Assembly: GCA_963780185.1 (NCBI GenBank)
Contig: CAWABA010000005.1
Location: forward strand, 64,001 to 128,000
Source: Candidatus Bathyarchaeota archaeon
Lineage (GTDB): Archaea; Thermoproteota; Bathyarchaeia; Bathyarchaeales; Bathycorpusculaceae
Direction: 5' to 3'
DNA: 64,000 nucleotides
Numbering within the stretch: position 1 is the first letter of the stretch; each line of letters starts with the position of its first letter. Of this stretch, positions 51,657 through 59,844 are shown piece after piece. The position numbers and the translations under genes were made by a program. Below the pieces are notes generated by a model. It did no database searches, had not been told where the DNA came from, and worked only from the letters and a program-made list of their open reading frames with translations.

Positions 51657-52487
51657 TTGGCGAAAACAGGCCATTACCGAGTAAAATTAAGGCGCAGACG
51701 AGAAGGAAAAACTGATTACCAAGCACGCAAAGCTCTGGTATCTTCCAGAAAGCCTCGGCTTATCACACGCGCTTCACTAAAAAACATCACAGTACAAATA
51801 GCCCTTGCGAAACCATCAGGAGACGAAGTGTTAGCCGCAGCTAACAGCCGGGAACTAACCAAAACCTACGGCTGGAGAGCTCCAACAGGCAACATTTCAT
51901 CCGCGTACCTGACAGGGTATCTTTGCGGGTTAAAAGCGAAGGCTGCAGGCATAAAAGAAGCCGTCTTAGACATCGGCTTAACTGCTCCAACTAAAGGCGC
52001 CAAAGTTTTCGCTGCCCTAAGCGGAGTTGTGGATGCCGGCGTGGATGTTCCCCACAGCGAAGAAAAAATCGTTAAGGAACGCATGAAAGGCGAACACATA
52101 GCAAAATACGCTAAAAGCCTCGGCGTAGGCTCAGACGAGTACAACGCAAAATTCTCACAGTACATCGCTCAGGGTTTAGCTCCAGAAAAGCTTCCTGAAC
52201 ACTTCAGCAAAGTCAAAGCCGACATCTTAACCGTTTCAAAAGGCGGCAAAATCACAATCGAAGCACCAACCAAAAAAGCTCCAGTTGCCAAAGCTGCGCC
52301 AGCGAAAGTTCCCGAAAAAGTCGAAGAAGCCAAAGAGGAACCCAAAGCAAAAAAAGCCCCCGCAAAGAAACCAGCCGCAGCCAAGAAGGCTCCCGCTAAA
52401 AAAGCTGCAAAGCCAAAGGCTGCCCCGAAAGCAGCCAAGGAACCTGCCAAAGCAAAGGCAAGTAAGAAAGGTGGAAAGAAAGCATGA
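51657..52487 (+). CDS. rpl18: 50S ribosomal protein uL18 with PAKK-rich tail
   Basis: RRRREGKTDY, AYLTG, AVLDIGL. Confidence 0.97.
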   Translation: MAKTGHYRVKLRRRREGKTDYQARKALVSSRKPRLITRASLKNITVQIALAKPSGDEVLAAANSRELTKTYGWRAPTGNISSAYLTGYLCGLKAKAAGIKEAVLDIGLTAPTKGAKVFAALSGVVDAGVDVPHSEEKIVKERMKGEHIAKYAKSLGVGSDEYNAKFSQYIAQGLAPEKLPEHFSKVKADILTVSKGGKITIEAPTKKAPVAKAAPAKVPEKVEEAKEEPKAKKAPAKKPAAAKKAPAKKAAKPKAAPKAAKEPAKAKASKKGGKKA

Positions 52488-53131
52488 GTCAAAGGCAAGG
52501 ACGAGATAGACAAAGTAACCTGGAAGCATGGGTACCGAAAACCCGTTTGGGCAAACTAATCCAGGAAGGCAAAATAACAACGATAGAAGACGTCTTCCTA
52601 AGCGGCATAAAAATCTCCGAAGCCCAAATCGTGGATTCCCTGATTCCTGACCTACAGGAAGAAGTCATAAACGTTAACCTAGTACAGAAACAAACTGACG
52701 CAGGCGAAAAAAGCCGATTCAAAGCCATCGTCGCAGTAGGAAACAGAGACGGCTACATCGGGTTAGGCTCAGGAAAAGCCAGCCAAGTGCGAAACGCCAT
52801 CGAAAAAGCAGCCGCCAACGCCCGCCTAAACATCGTTCCAGTGAAACGTGGATGCGGAAGTTGGGAATGCGGATGCGGCAAACCACATTCAGTGCCTTTC
52901 CAAGTGGAAGGTAAATGTGGCGGAGTCCGAGTTATCATTGTGCCGGGACCCAGAGGCTTAGGTTTGGTTTCAAGCGAAGTAGCCAAAGTCATCTTGGGCT
53001 TAGCAGGAGTCAAAGACCTCTGGATGAGAAGCTACGGCTCAACAAGAACCGTGCCCTCCTACGCAGGCGCAATCTTCGACGGATTAAAGAAAACATACTA
53101 CTTGATTACTCAAGCAGACTGGGTGAGATAA
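52484..53131 (+). CDS. rps5: 30S ribosomal protein uS5
   Basis: WVPKTRLG, RGCGSWECGCG, PRGLGLV. Confidence 0.97.
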   Translation: MSQRQGRDRQSNLEAWVPKTRLGKLIQEGKITTIEDVFLSGIKISEAQIVDSLIPDLQEEVINVNLVQKQTDAGEKSRFKAIVAVGNRDGYIGLGSGKASQVRNAIEKAAANARLNIVPVKRGCGSWECGCGKPHSVPFQVEGKCGGVRVIIVPGPRGLGLVSSEVAKVILGLAGVKDLWMRSYGSTRTVPSYAGAIFDGLKKTYYLITQADWVR

Positions 53132-53132
53132 A

Positions 53133-53621
53133 ATGGCGCAGAAAAGTGAACCATGCAAATGCATCGTAGTCGTTAAAGTTCGGGGAACAGTAAGCGCACA
53201 GAAAGAAACACGAGAAACCCTAGAACTGCTCCATCTCTCGCACACTAACCACGCAATGCTCATCGACAGCCGCCCAGACTACCTTGGAATGCTGCAACGC
53301 GTAGGCAACTACGTAACCTGGGGCGAACCCACAGCAGAAGTCGTATCCGCCATGCTTCAGAAACGCGCGAAACTGGCAGGCGGCAAAAAACTCACCGAAG
53401 AATACATCCAAAAGCAAGGCTACAAATCCTTCGACGACTTAGCCGAAGCCATCATAAACTGCAAAGTCGCATACCAAAAACTACCCGACACACAACCCGT
53501 CTTCAGACTGCATCCGCCAAGCAAAGGCTACAAAGGCAAAACCAAGAAAAGCTTCAAAGCAGGCGGCGAATCAGGCTACCGCGGAGAAGCAATAAACGCA
53601 CTAGTAAAACGCATGATATAA
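53133..53621 (+). CDS. rpl30: 50S ribosomal protein uL30
   Basis: YVTWGE, FRLHPP, GYRGEAIN. Confidence 0.96.
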   Translation: MAQKSEPCKCIVVVKVRGTVSAQKETRETLELLHLSHTNHAMLIDSRPDYLGMLQRVGNYVTWGEPTAEVVSAMLQKRAKLAGGKKLTEEYIQKQGYKSFDDLAEAIINCKVAYQKLPDTQPVFRLHPPSKGYKGKTKKSFKAGGESGYRGEAINALVKRMI

Positions 53622-53637
53622 TCTGCGTTAATCATCA

Positions 53638-53662
53638 TTTCCTTTTTGTTGTTGTTTTCTCT
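53638..53662 (+). terminator. T-rich archaeal terminator after rpl30
   Basis: TTTCCTTTTTGTTGTTGTTTTCTCT 17 nt after the stop. Confidence 0.5.
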
Positions 53663-53733
53663 GGCAAATCTTAAATTCCAACGGTTATTATACACGTATG
53701 GCTAAGAGAAAGATTTGCGTTTGGGGTTCGTAA

Positions 53734-54282
53734 ATGAAAAAAACCACGATTATCGTTGAGGGCTGGATACAAAACATCGGCTACAGGACTTTCGTGAAAC
53801 AAGTTGCAGTGAACCTCGGCGTAAAGGGTCTCGTTAGAAATTTATCCAATGGAAAAGTTGAAATTTTCTGCGAAGCTGGCTCGTCGAAGATTGAGGAATT
53901 TGAACGGAAAATCAGTTACAAGGGAAAGAAGAATGATCCCTTGAGCGTATACGTTGAAAATTTGGCTGTTCATGCAGAAGGCGAAAAAGGATATCTTGGA
54001 CCTTGGAAGGAATACTCAGATTTCGAAATTGACTATGGCTTTGAAATTCAATCGCCCGTTGATCGTGCAATGCTAGAGAACTTGGAAAGCGGCAAGATTT
54101 TTGTCGTTTCATCGAACGATAAAATCAGTGCGTTGACTGATCAATTTTCTATGTTTAGGCAGGAAACGAACGGTAACTTTGGAAAAATGGAGGAAAAATA
54201 CGGGTCAATTTCTGAAGAAATGAAGAAAATGCGAACTGTGCTAGAAAAGCTAGCCGACGCCTACGTTGAACGCCAGAAATAG
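53734..54282 (+). CDS. Acylphosphatase domain protein with C-terminal coiled coil
   Basis: GWIQNIGYR, GLVRNL..GKVEI. Confidence 0.82.
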   Translation: MKKTTIIVEGWIQNIGYRTFVKQVAVNLGVKGLVRNLSNGKVEIFCEAGSSKIEEFERKISYKGKKNDPLSVYVENLAVHAEGEKGYLGPWKEYSDFEIDYGFEIQSPVDRAMLENLESGKIFVVSSNDKISALTDQFSMFRQETNGNFGKMEEKYGSISEEMKKMRTVLEKLADAYVERQK

Positions 54283-54311
54283 CGTCGAATAATGAGTTTT
54301 TTACAAGTGGC

Positions 54312-54458
54312 TTAGCGGCTTCCTTCGGGTTTTGGTCCAGGGTTGGGGTCAGGTTCGGGTTCTGGCTCAGGATTCGGTTCAGGGAAAGGGGTAGGCGGCT
54401 CCTCCGGCAAAACATACGCTTCAACCTGCCCACAAGAAAACGACACATCTAAAGTCAA
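54312..54458 (-). CDS. Pro/Glu-rich micro-protein (48 aa, not in ORF track)
   Basis: MTLDVSFSCGQVEAYVLPEEPPTPFPEPNPEPEPEPDPNPGPKPEGSR; repeat is degenerate at DNA level but regular at protein level. Confidence 0.5.
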   Translation of the reverse strand: MTLDVSFSCGQVEAYVLPEEPPTPFPEPNPEPEPEPDPNPGPKPEGSR

Positions 54459-54609
54459 ACTTCTCAAAATCAAACACCGATAATTGTATTGTTGCGTGTG
54501 TCTAAAAAACTAGCCGTTTGGACACAACAGAAATGTGTGCAACCAACTTTATCCAATTTCAGGATAAACCCAGTTAGAAAGCATGGGACGAGAAAGGCTT
54601 ATCTTTTTC

Positions 54610-56049
54610 TTAATGTGGAAGCATAACGGCTCCTACCCCTGAAGGAGGCATTCGCATGGTGTGTGCCACGGCTAGGGCTAGTGCCCAGGTCATGTCGTCA
54701 TGGCTATTCTGTGGATGGCTAAACTGTAGGTGCCCGTTTTTGGCGTAGGTGTATTGTTGCTCGTTCAGTTGCTGGCATAGGCGGTGGTGGTAGGGTATGG
54801 CTAGGCGGTTTTGTTCCATGGCGATTTTTAGGCTGCTGAGGAGTTCTTCTTTGGTTTGGATGGTGAATTTTATGCCTTCGACGTTGGTTAAGCCTTGGTT
54901 GTGCATTTCTTCAAGTATGGGTTCGCCGACGCCTGTCTGGTCTACGATGATGCGGTGGATGCCGTGGAGTTTCTGGTTTGCACGTACTAGGTGCCCTATG
55001 ACTTGGGTGTAGGGTGTGTCGAGGGGGAACTCGTAGAGGTAGATGAGTTTTAGGACGTCGTCTTCCCGTTTGAGGATGGCGATGACGCTGTAGTCTTGCA
55101 GTTTGCCGAAGTCGACGCCAGCGTAGTATTCTGCGTTGAAGAAGTCACGTTCAAGAGTTGGAGCCAACTCAACCCCCGACGCCTGAGCCAACTCAACGCA
55201 GCCGCGAATCAAGCTCTGGGGCAAGTAGCTGTTTAGGGCTTCAACGAACTCGGCTTCATACTCCATCAGATATTGCTCTTGAGTCATGTTTAGGCGCATT
55301 TCTTCCAAAAACTCCTTCGTCACCAGCGGGCACTCCTCCGACTTTACTTTGTGGATGCTGTATTTTGGGTTGGTGAAGGCTCGGTAGAAGAAGTGGTTTT
55401 TGTCCCAGGGCGTGCTGAGGAAAACCGCGTAGCCCTGCGTGGTTGTTAGCATGGGGAAGAGGACTTGGGTTATGACTTTTTCGCTGACCCAGCTGGCTTC
55501 GTCGCAGATTATCATGTTGGCGTTGTAGCCTCTTAGGCGATGTTCGCTGCAGGGCAATGCGATGATGCGGCTGCCGTTGTCGAATTGGACCAGCGTGTGG
55601 GTGACCCGTGCCAGTTTGCTTCTTAGCCGCGGCGAGGCGTAGACGAAGGACACGATGCGGTCAAACATTATCATGCTTTGGCGTAGGCTGGGGGCGGTGA
55701 TGAGCACGGTCATTTTGGGGTTGAGGTCGGCGAAGTGCAGGGCTTTCATGGCGATTGTAGTGGTTTTTCCTGTTTGCCTGCCCATGCATGCCACGATCCG
55801 TTTGCTCTTATCCTCCAAAAGATACGCCTGATACGGGTAAGGCTCCACTTCTAAAACTACTCTTGCGTAATCGACGGGTCCAGCTATCTGGACTTCTTCT
55901 TGGGCAATGATTTGTTTGACGGCCCATTCGACTTCTTCAAGCCTTCGAAACGTTCTTGCCTGCCGATAGCTGCGCCACCTGCGCTGTAAGCTCGTCAAGT
56001 TTCTTCTCAATCCTCTCCCATTTCTCATACCCCGCCAACAAAGGCGCAT
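54610..56049 (-). CDS. Terminase large subunit (true start uncertain, probably near 55970)
   Basis: PYQ adenine motif, Walker A MGRQTGKT, Walker B IICDEA, STP coupling motif, nuclease GVDFGKLQD / VDQTGVG / HDD..ALALA. Confidence 0.93.
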   Translation of the reverse strand: MRLCWRGMRNGRGLRRNLTSLQRRWRSYRQARTFRRLEEVEWAVKQIIAQEEVQIAGPVDYARVVLEVEPYPYQAYLLEDKSKRIVACMGRQTGKTTTIAMKALHFADLNPKMTVLITAPSLRQSMIMFDRIVSFVYASPRLRSKLARVTHTLVQFDNGSRIIALPCSEHRLRGYNANMIICDEASWVSEKVITQVLFPMLTTTQGYAVFLSTPWDKNHFFYRAFTNPKYSIHKVKSEECPLVTKEFLEEMRLNMTQEQYLMEYEAEFVEALNSYLPQSLIRGCVELAQASGVELAPTLERDFFNAEYYAGVDFGKLQDYSVIAILKREDDVLKLIYLYEFPLDTPYTQVIGHLVRANQKLHGIHRIIVDQTGVGEPILEEMHNQGLTNVEGIKFTIQTKEELLSSLKIAMEQNRLAIPYHHRLCQQLNEQQYTYAKNGHLQFSHPQNSHDDMTWALALAVAHTMRMPPSGVGAVMLPH

Positions 56050-56374
56050 AATCCTTCGCCGCCTGGAAAATTATCCGAAGCCGCTCCAACGCCAACTTGT
56101 CAACTCTCTGTGTGCGGCATATTTGGTCGTAGGCGGTGCTGTACAATTTTACGATTCTATCGATGGTTAAAGCGTCGGCGGCGGGTTCCACGGGTTCGAC
56201 GGCGCTGGTGGTTTTAGCGGCGAGGAGTGCTTGAAACTTGATTTGCTTGCGGATGGCTTCATAGCTTCTGCTTGGGAGCTTGCCGCTAGCGTAGACCTCC
56301 TGAGCACCGAGTCCCTGCTCGATGAGTTCGCAAAGGACCTTGTTTTCTTCTTCACTCCAACGATTTCCACCCAA
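55937..56374 (-). CDS. Putative terminase small subunit (N-terminal HTH/Myb-like, C-terminal coiled coil)
   Basis: RWSEEE..L...LPSRSYEAIRKQ; helical body; overlaps the large-subunit 5' end. Confidence 0.6.
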   Translation of the reverse strand: MGGNRWSEEENKVLCELIEQGLGAQEVYASGKLPSRSYEAIRKQIKFQALLAAKTTSAVEPVEPAADALTIDRIVKLYSTAYDQICRTQRVDKLALERLRIIFQAAKDYAPLLAGYEKWERIEKKLDELTAQVAQLSAGKNVSKA

Positions 56375-56718
56375 AAATATTCCACCTGCAATCGGTTATT
56401 TACATATGTCACATGCATGAGTCATAGGTAAACATTATCGACAGCAATCCCACAAAAACGCAGCCACCGTTCCTCTCGACCTACGTCACTGTAGACACTA
56501 AACCGCTCACTTATTTGCTCCCAGAGGTTATAGACCAAAACTCTTCCATCAAACCCTGTCCTCTCTCCCTGACGAGATGAGCCGCTGGACTACTCGTAGA
56601 GGTAAAATATCTAATTCGGCAATAATCAAAGTTCCGAATACGCAGGCACCAAGAAAATCACCAAACATTCCATTAACAATTACATCAGGAAAAATATTGT
56701 TGTTTTGGTGAGCGGTTT

Positions 56719-56770
56719 TTCGATGTCTAACTATCACATCAACAGAGAAAACAGAAAGAATCAAAGGCAC
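56719..56770 (-). repeat. Orphan copy of a PEF-CTERM-like tail, homologous to 57651-57702
   Basis: Identical TTCGATGTCTAACTATCACA core; encodes VPLILSVFSVDVIVRHRK vs VPLLLAVLSVAVIVRHRR. Confidence 0.8.
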
Positions 56771-56780
56771 TCTTCGGTGG

Positions 56781-57488
56781 TCAAAGATTGGAAATTGTTA
56801 TGTTTAGCGGTGCTGTCTGAAAGTTTGGCGGTGTAGTCTGAATCGGGTATGGATTAGCATATCCAAGTTCGCCTATAATGTAGTACGCCCCAGATGGAAC
56901 TTGATTAAGTGGAGGAATTGGGGGTGTCATGTCGCTTTCTTGTGTCCAGATAAGATTTCGTGTATAGCTTTGGTTCGGAGCCAAAGTTACGTTCACGTCA
57001 TTAAGTGGATATGCTCCGAGTTCCCACATGTAAACTGCGTTGTTTGTGCTGTTGTAAACTTGGAAGTTGAAGTTTGAATCTCCGTTCTGATTGATGAAAT
57101 TTAGAGTTTGGTTGCTTACGTTTGTAATTTCAAAAGTTATTTCCACTTCCTCTCCTACCGCAAACGTGGTTTTATCTGCCATGAGCGCAATGGACAGTTG
57201 GAACCCGTTGGTTACGGCGCTCAACGCTGTGATGTTGTTATCCTCGCTGACGGTTTGATTCGGTTCAGTAGTTTGAAGTGGTGTCGGAGTAGGTGTTAGG
57301 TTTGGTTGAGGTGTTGAAGTTTGAAGTTGTTCACCTAACAGGGTGGTTGGAGCAGGGGTTGAACCATCTATCCCTGCGTTGAAAAAACCACTTGTAAAGC
57401 CCGCTACTATACCTATTAGAATTATTACTGTTACTAAAACAGCAATTCCAATATTTCTTTTAAAATGCAGGTTTTTCGGAGTTGACAA
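56781..57488 (-). CDS. Membrane-anchored protein with BsuPI-like (proteinase-inhibitor) Ig domain
   Basis: N-terminal TM, PT linker, DKTTFAVGEEVEITFEITN...NFQVYN...TLAPNQS...W...PSGAY. Confidence 0.7.
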   Translation of the reverse strand: MSTPKNLHFKRNIGIAVLVTVIILIGIVAGFTSGFFNAGIDGSTPAPTTLLGEQLQTSTPQPNLTPTPTPLQTTEPNQTVSEDNNITALSAVTNGFQLSIALMADKTTFAVGEEVEITFEITNVSNQTLNFINQNGDSNFNFQVYNSTNNAVYMWELGAYPLNDVNVTLAPNQSYTRNLIWTQESDMTPPIPPLNQVPSGAYYIIGELGYANPYPIQTTPPNFQTAPLNITISNL

Positions 57489-57627
57489 TTATCACTCGTC
57501 TCCTAGATATTATTACGTTAGGTCTACGAATTTACACATTATGGTTAAGCATTGCACTATCTTATAATTCTATAATTTAGAACACCAATTTCCAATTAAT
57601 TTCCGCTTGATTCTTGACTAAGCTTAG

Positions 57628-58254
57628 TCAAAGTTTCTTGACTGAGACCCTTCGATGTCTAACTATCACAGCAACAGAGAGCACAGCAAGAAGCAAGGGC
57701 ACAATCACCAACGCAGACAACTCAGGAACGGAGGTCATTGGGGTAACTGTTGGTGTTGAGGTATCTAACGCGGGGGTTGGAGAAGGAATAGGAGAGGTTT
57801 CATTGTTTATTGAGAAGTAGATTGTGTCAGCCCAGGTGGCGGTGTAGTTGCCGCTTCCAATGGGGGTTTCCTTGAATGGCGCTCCTGGTGGGTTCTCCCA
57901 GCTTAGGTAACCTGTTAGGTAAGCTCTCTCAAATACCGTTAATCGGTGCGAACCGTTAGTTAACATGGGAAGATGAATATTTCCCATATCCGTCAAAAAG
58001 ATTGGTTCTTCGCCGTTTCCATCGATGCTGTAGCTAAGTTCAATGGGCATTGCCACATTTGGGTCGAGGTTTGTGCTTATGGTTAATGTCAGATAATTGC
58101 AAGTGTAGGTTTCATTAAGGGGCGAGAACACTGTTACTCCTCCTGAAAAGTGTATGGGGCTGCCTGAGTCTGCTATTGCGGCGGGAATGCCCACTGCGAA
58201 TGAAACCGCTGTTGAGCAAAGAAGCAGCGTCATCAACGCATTTTTCAGCCTCAT
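57628..58254 (-). CDS. Secreted surface protein with PEF-CTERM-like (VPEL) sorting signal
   Basis: Signal peptide, SPLNETY, YSIDG, LTNGSH, PT linker, VPEL-TM-RHRR. Confidence 0.8.
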   Translation of the reverse strand: MRLKNALMTLLLCSTAVSFAVGIPAAIADSGSPIHFSGGVTVFSPLNETYTCNYLTLTISTNLDPNVAMPIELSYSIDGNGEEPIFLTDMGNIHLPMLTNGSHRLTVFERAYLTGYLSWENPPGAPFKETPIGSGNYTATWADTIYFSINNETSPIPSPTPALDTSTPTVTPMTSVPELSALVIVPLLLAVLSVAVIVRHRRVSVKKL

Positions 58255-58402
58255 GTCGCAACACTCTGACGCAATCCAACGTCACGTTGAATTACACAAA
58301 ATGGGAGATATTACTCTTCGCAGGGAACAGTCTGTTCCTCGAAAAGAACAATTAAAACTATGCCCGAACAGGGATAGTTAAAGATTTTTAACTTATGTTT
58401 CT

Positions 58403-58654
58403 GGCGTCCTGAGCCTGAGGCGGGCAACTGTAGGAGGCGTCTAATTCCTGAAATGTATTATGTGCGTTCGCCTGAGTGAAGATGGGGAAGGCGGGGCTTG
58501 GACCAACTGTTGTTGAATCCCGCCGGCGGTGTCTGTTGTCAGGTTGACGGGAAGCCTTCCACGGAGAACTCTCCCCGCCAAAAGCGCCCATACGCGACAA
58601 TAACTTTAACATAGGCACTATGTTGAAAGTCGCATCCGCCCATCCCAAATGGGC
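58403..58654 (+). ncRNA. Candidate structured non-coding RNA of unknown family
   Basis: GC-rich island in AT-rich DNA; nested stems with G-U pairs on + strand; TTAAAG 25 nt upstream. Confidence 0.5.
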
Positions 58655-58973
58655 AGCCCACAACGCAATTCAAGCCCCAAACCAAAAAAGCAATCAAAAA
58701 CGCAAAAAGCCACGGGGGAAAGTCTCAACTTTCACCAAAACAAAAGTCTCAACTTAAAAATATCTGCAAAACCCAAAACAAAAAACCCAAAAAATAACCA
58801 ATCAAACCAAAAAACGAAAATATATAGACTATAAAACCGTCAATTAGGCATGCATTCGTCATTTTTGATGGAAAACTGCTTCAGGGAATCTGCTTGTTTT
58901 CTCTTCCTTTATGTGCGATATGTTTTATAGTTAGGAGTTTGAAATCCGTTAGGTATTGGAGGGGGAATGACAC

Positions 58974-59432
58974 ATGAGTGCAAAATGGCGTAGAAGCGCA
59001 AAACACCGTAAATGGCTAGATTTTAACGGCCAAACAGAGAAAACCAGCAAACCGAAAATGACCAGACCCGAACATGCTTACCGCATAAAAGCTATACCTG
59101 TTCCACCAAGCTTTCGACCATCCAAAAACTTTAGCGAACGCAAATTCCAAGAACAAAAACCACTCATAGACATACTAGAGGAAAACAGCTTCATAACGGT
59201 TGTAGCCGAAATCACAGGGTTTAATAAGGATACCCTCAAAATTCATGTGAAAGACCAGAAAATCACGCTGTCGGCAAAATCGAAAGACCGCAGATACTAT
59301 AAAAGTTTAAATCTGCCGAAGGTAGTGATTCCAGACGTCATGTACACCAAATTCAAGAACGGTGTACTGGAAATAAAGCTAAGAAAAGCTGAAACAGCAA
59401 TAAACAAAGAAGCTGACCAAAATGCCGCATAA
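58974..59432 (+). CDS. Hsp20/alpha-crystallin family protein
   Basis: PLIDILEE...VVAEITG...YYKSLNLP...FKNGVLEIKLRK. Confidence 0.85.
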   Translation: MSAKWRRSAKHRKWLDFNGQTEKTSKPKMTRPEHAYRIKAIPVPPSFRPSKNFSERKFQEQKPLIDILEENSFITVVAEITGFNKDTLKIHVKDQKITLSAKSKDRRYYKSLNLPKVVIPDVMYTKFKNGVLEIKLRKAETAINKEADQNAA

Positions 59433-59835
59433 ACTAAGAAAAATAAGAAAATTTAGAGGCTCAAGAACGGTAGGCTACGGTAGGATAGGCCAGCACCGAG
59501 ACTCTGGGTCAAAAGGGCACCGAAAAGTTGGACGCCACAAACACTTGTGGAGCTACGTTGTAACCCATGAACCTGATTACTTCGGCAAAAACGGATTCAC
59601 ATCACCAAAAAGCCTTCACACCATAGACAACCCCATTAACCTAAGAAAACTTGAAGAACTCGCACAAACAAGCCAGCAAATTAACCTGACAGAATTAGGT
59701 TACACAAAACTTTTAGGTTCAGGAAAAATCACAAAAGCCTTAACTGTGCAAGTACCCTCTTACTCGAAATTAGCGGCGGAAAAAATCAAAAAAGCAGGCG
59801 GAGAAATCGTAGGCTCCCAAGTTAACGGAGAGTAA
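59422..59835 (+). CDS. rpl15: 50S ribosomal protein uL15
   Basis: RKFRGSRTVGYG, YFGKNGF, KLLGSG, KIKKAGG. Confidence 0.96.
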   Translation: MPHKLRKIRKFRGSRTVGYGRIGQHRDSGSKGHRKVGRHKHLWSYVVTHEPDYFGKNGFTSPKSLHTIDNPINLRKLEELAQTSQQINLTELGYTKLLGSGKITKALTVQVPSYSKLAAEKIKKAGGEIVGSQVNGE

Positions 59836-59844
59836 AGCTGCTAA

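Noticed and set aside
47515-52580. Long antisense ORFs (e.g. 47515-48261, 50825-51172, 52169-52513)
   Set aside because: Shadows of low-complexity ribosomal-protein tails that lack antisense stops.
58403-58590. SRP RNA, or SAM-I / cobalamin / TPP / ZTP riboswitch
   Set aside because: Only fragments match (TCAGGT..GGAAGC, GGCAAC..CTAATTCCTG, GCAACTGTA, minus-strand CCCGTCAACCTGA); essential partner motifs and stems are missing in each case.
58844-58857. Sixth DtxR-type box (TTAGGCATGCATTC)
   Set aside because: The right half CCTAA is absent.
53622-58970. Complete provirus
   Set aside because: No portal, capsid, tail, integrase or att repeats seen; flanking genes are cellular-type.
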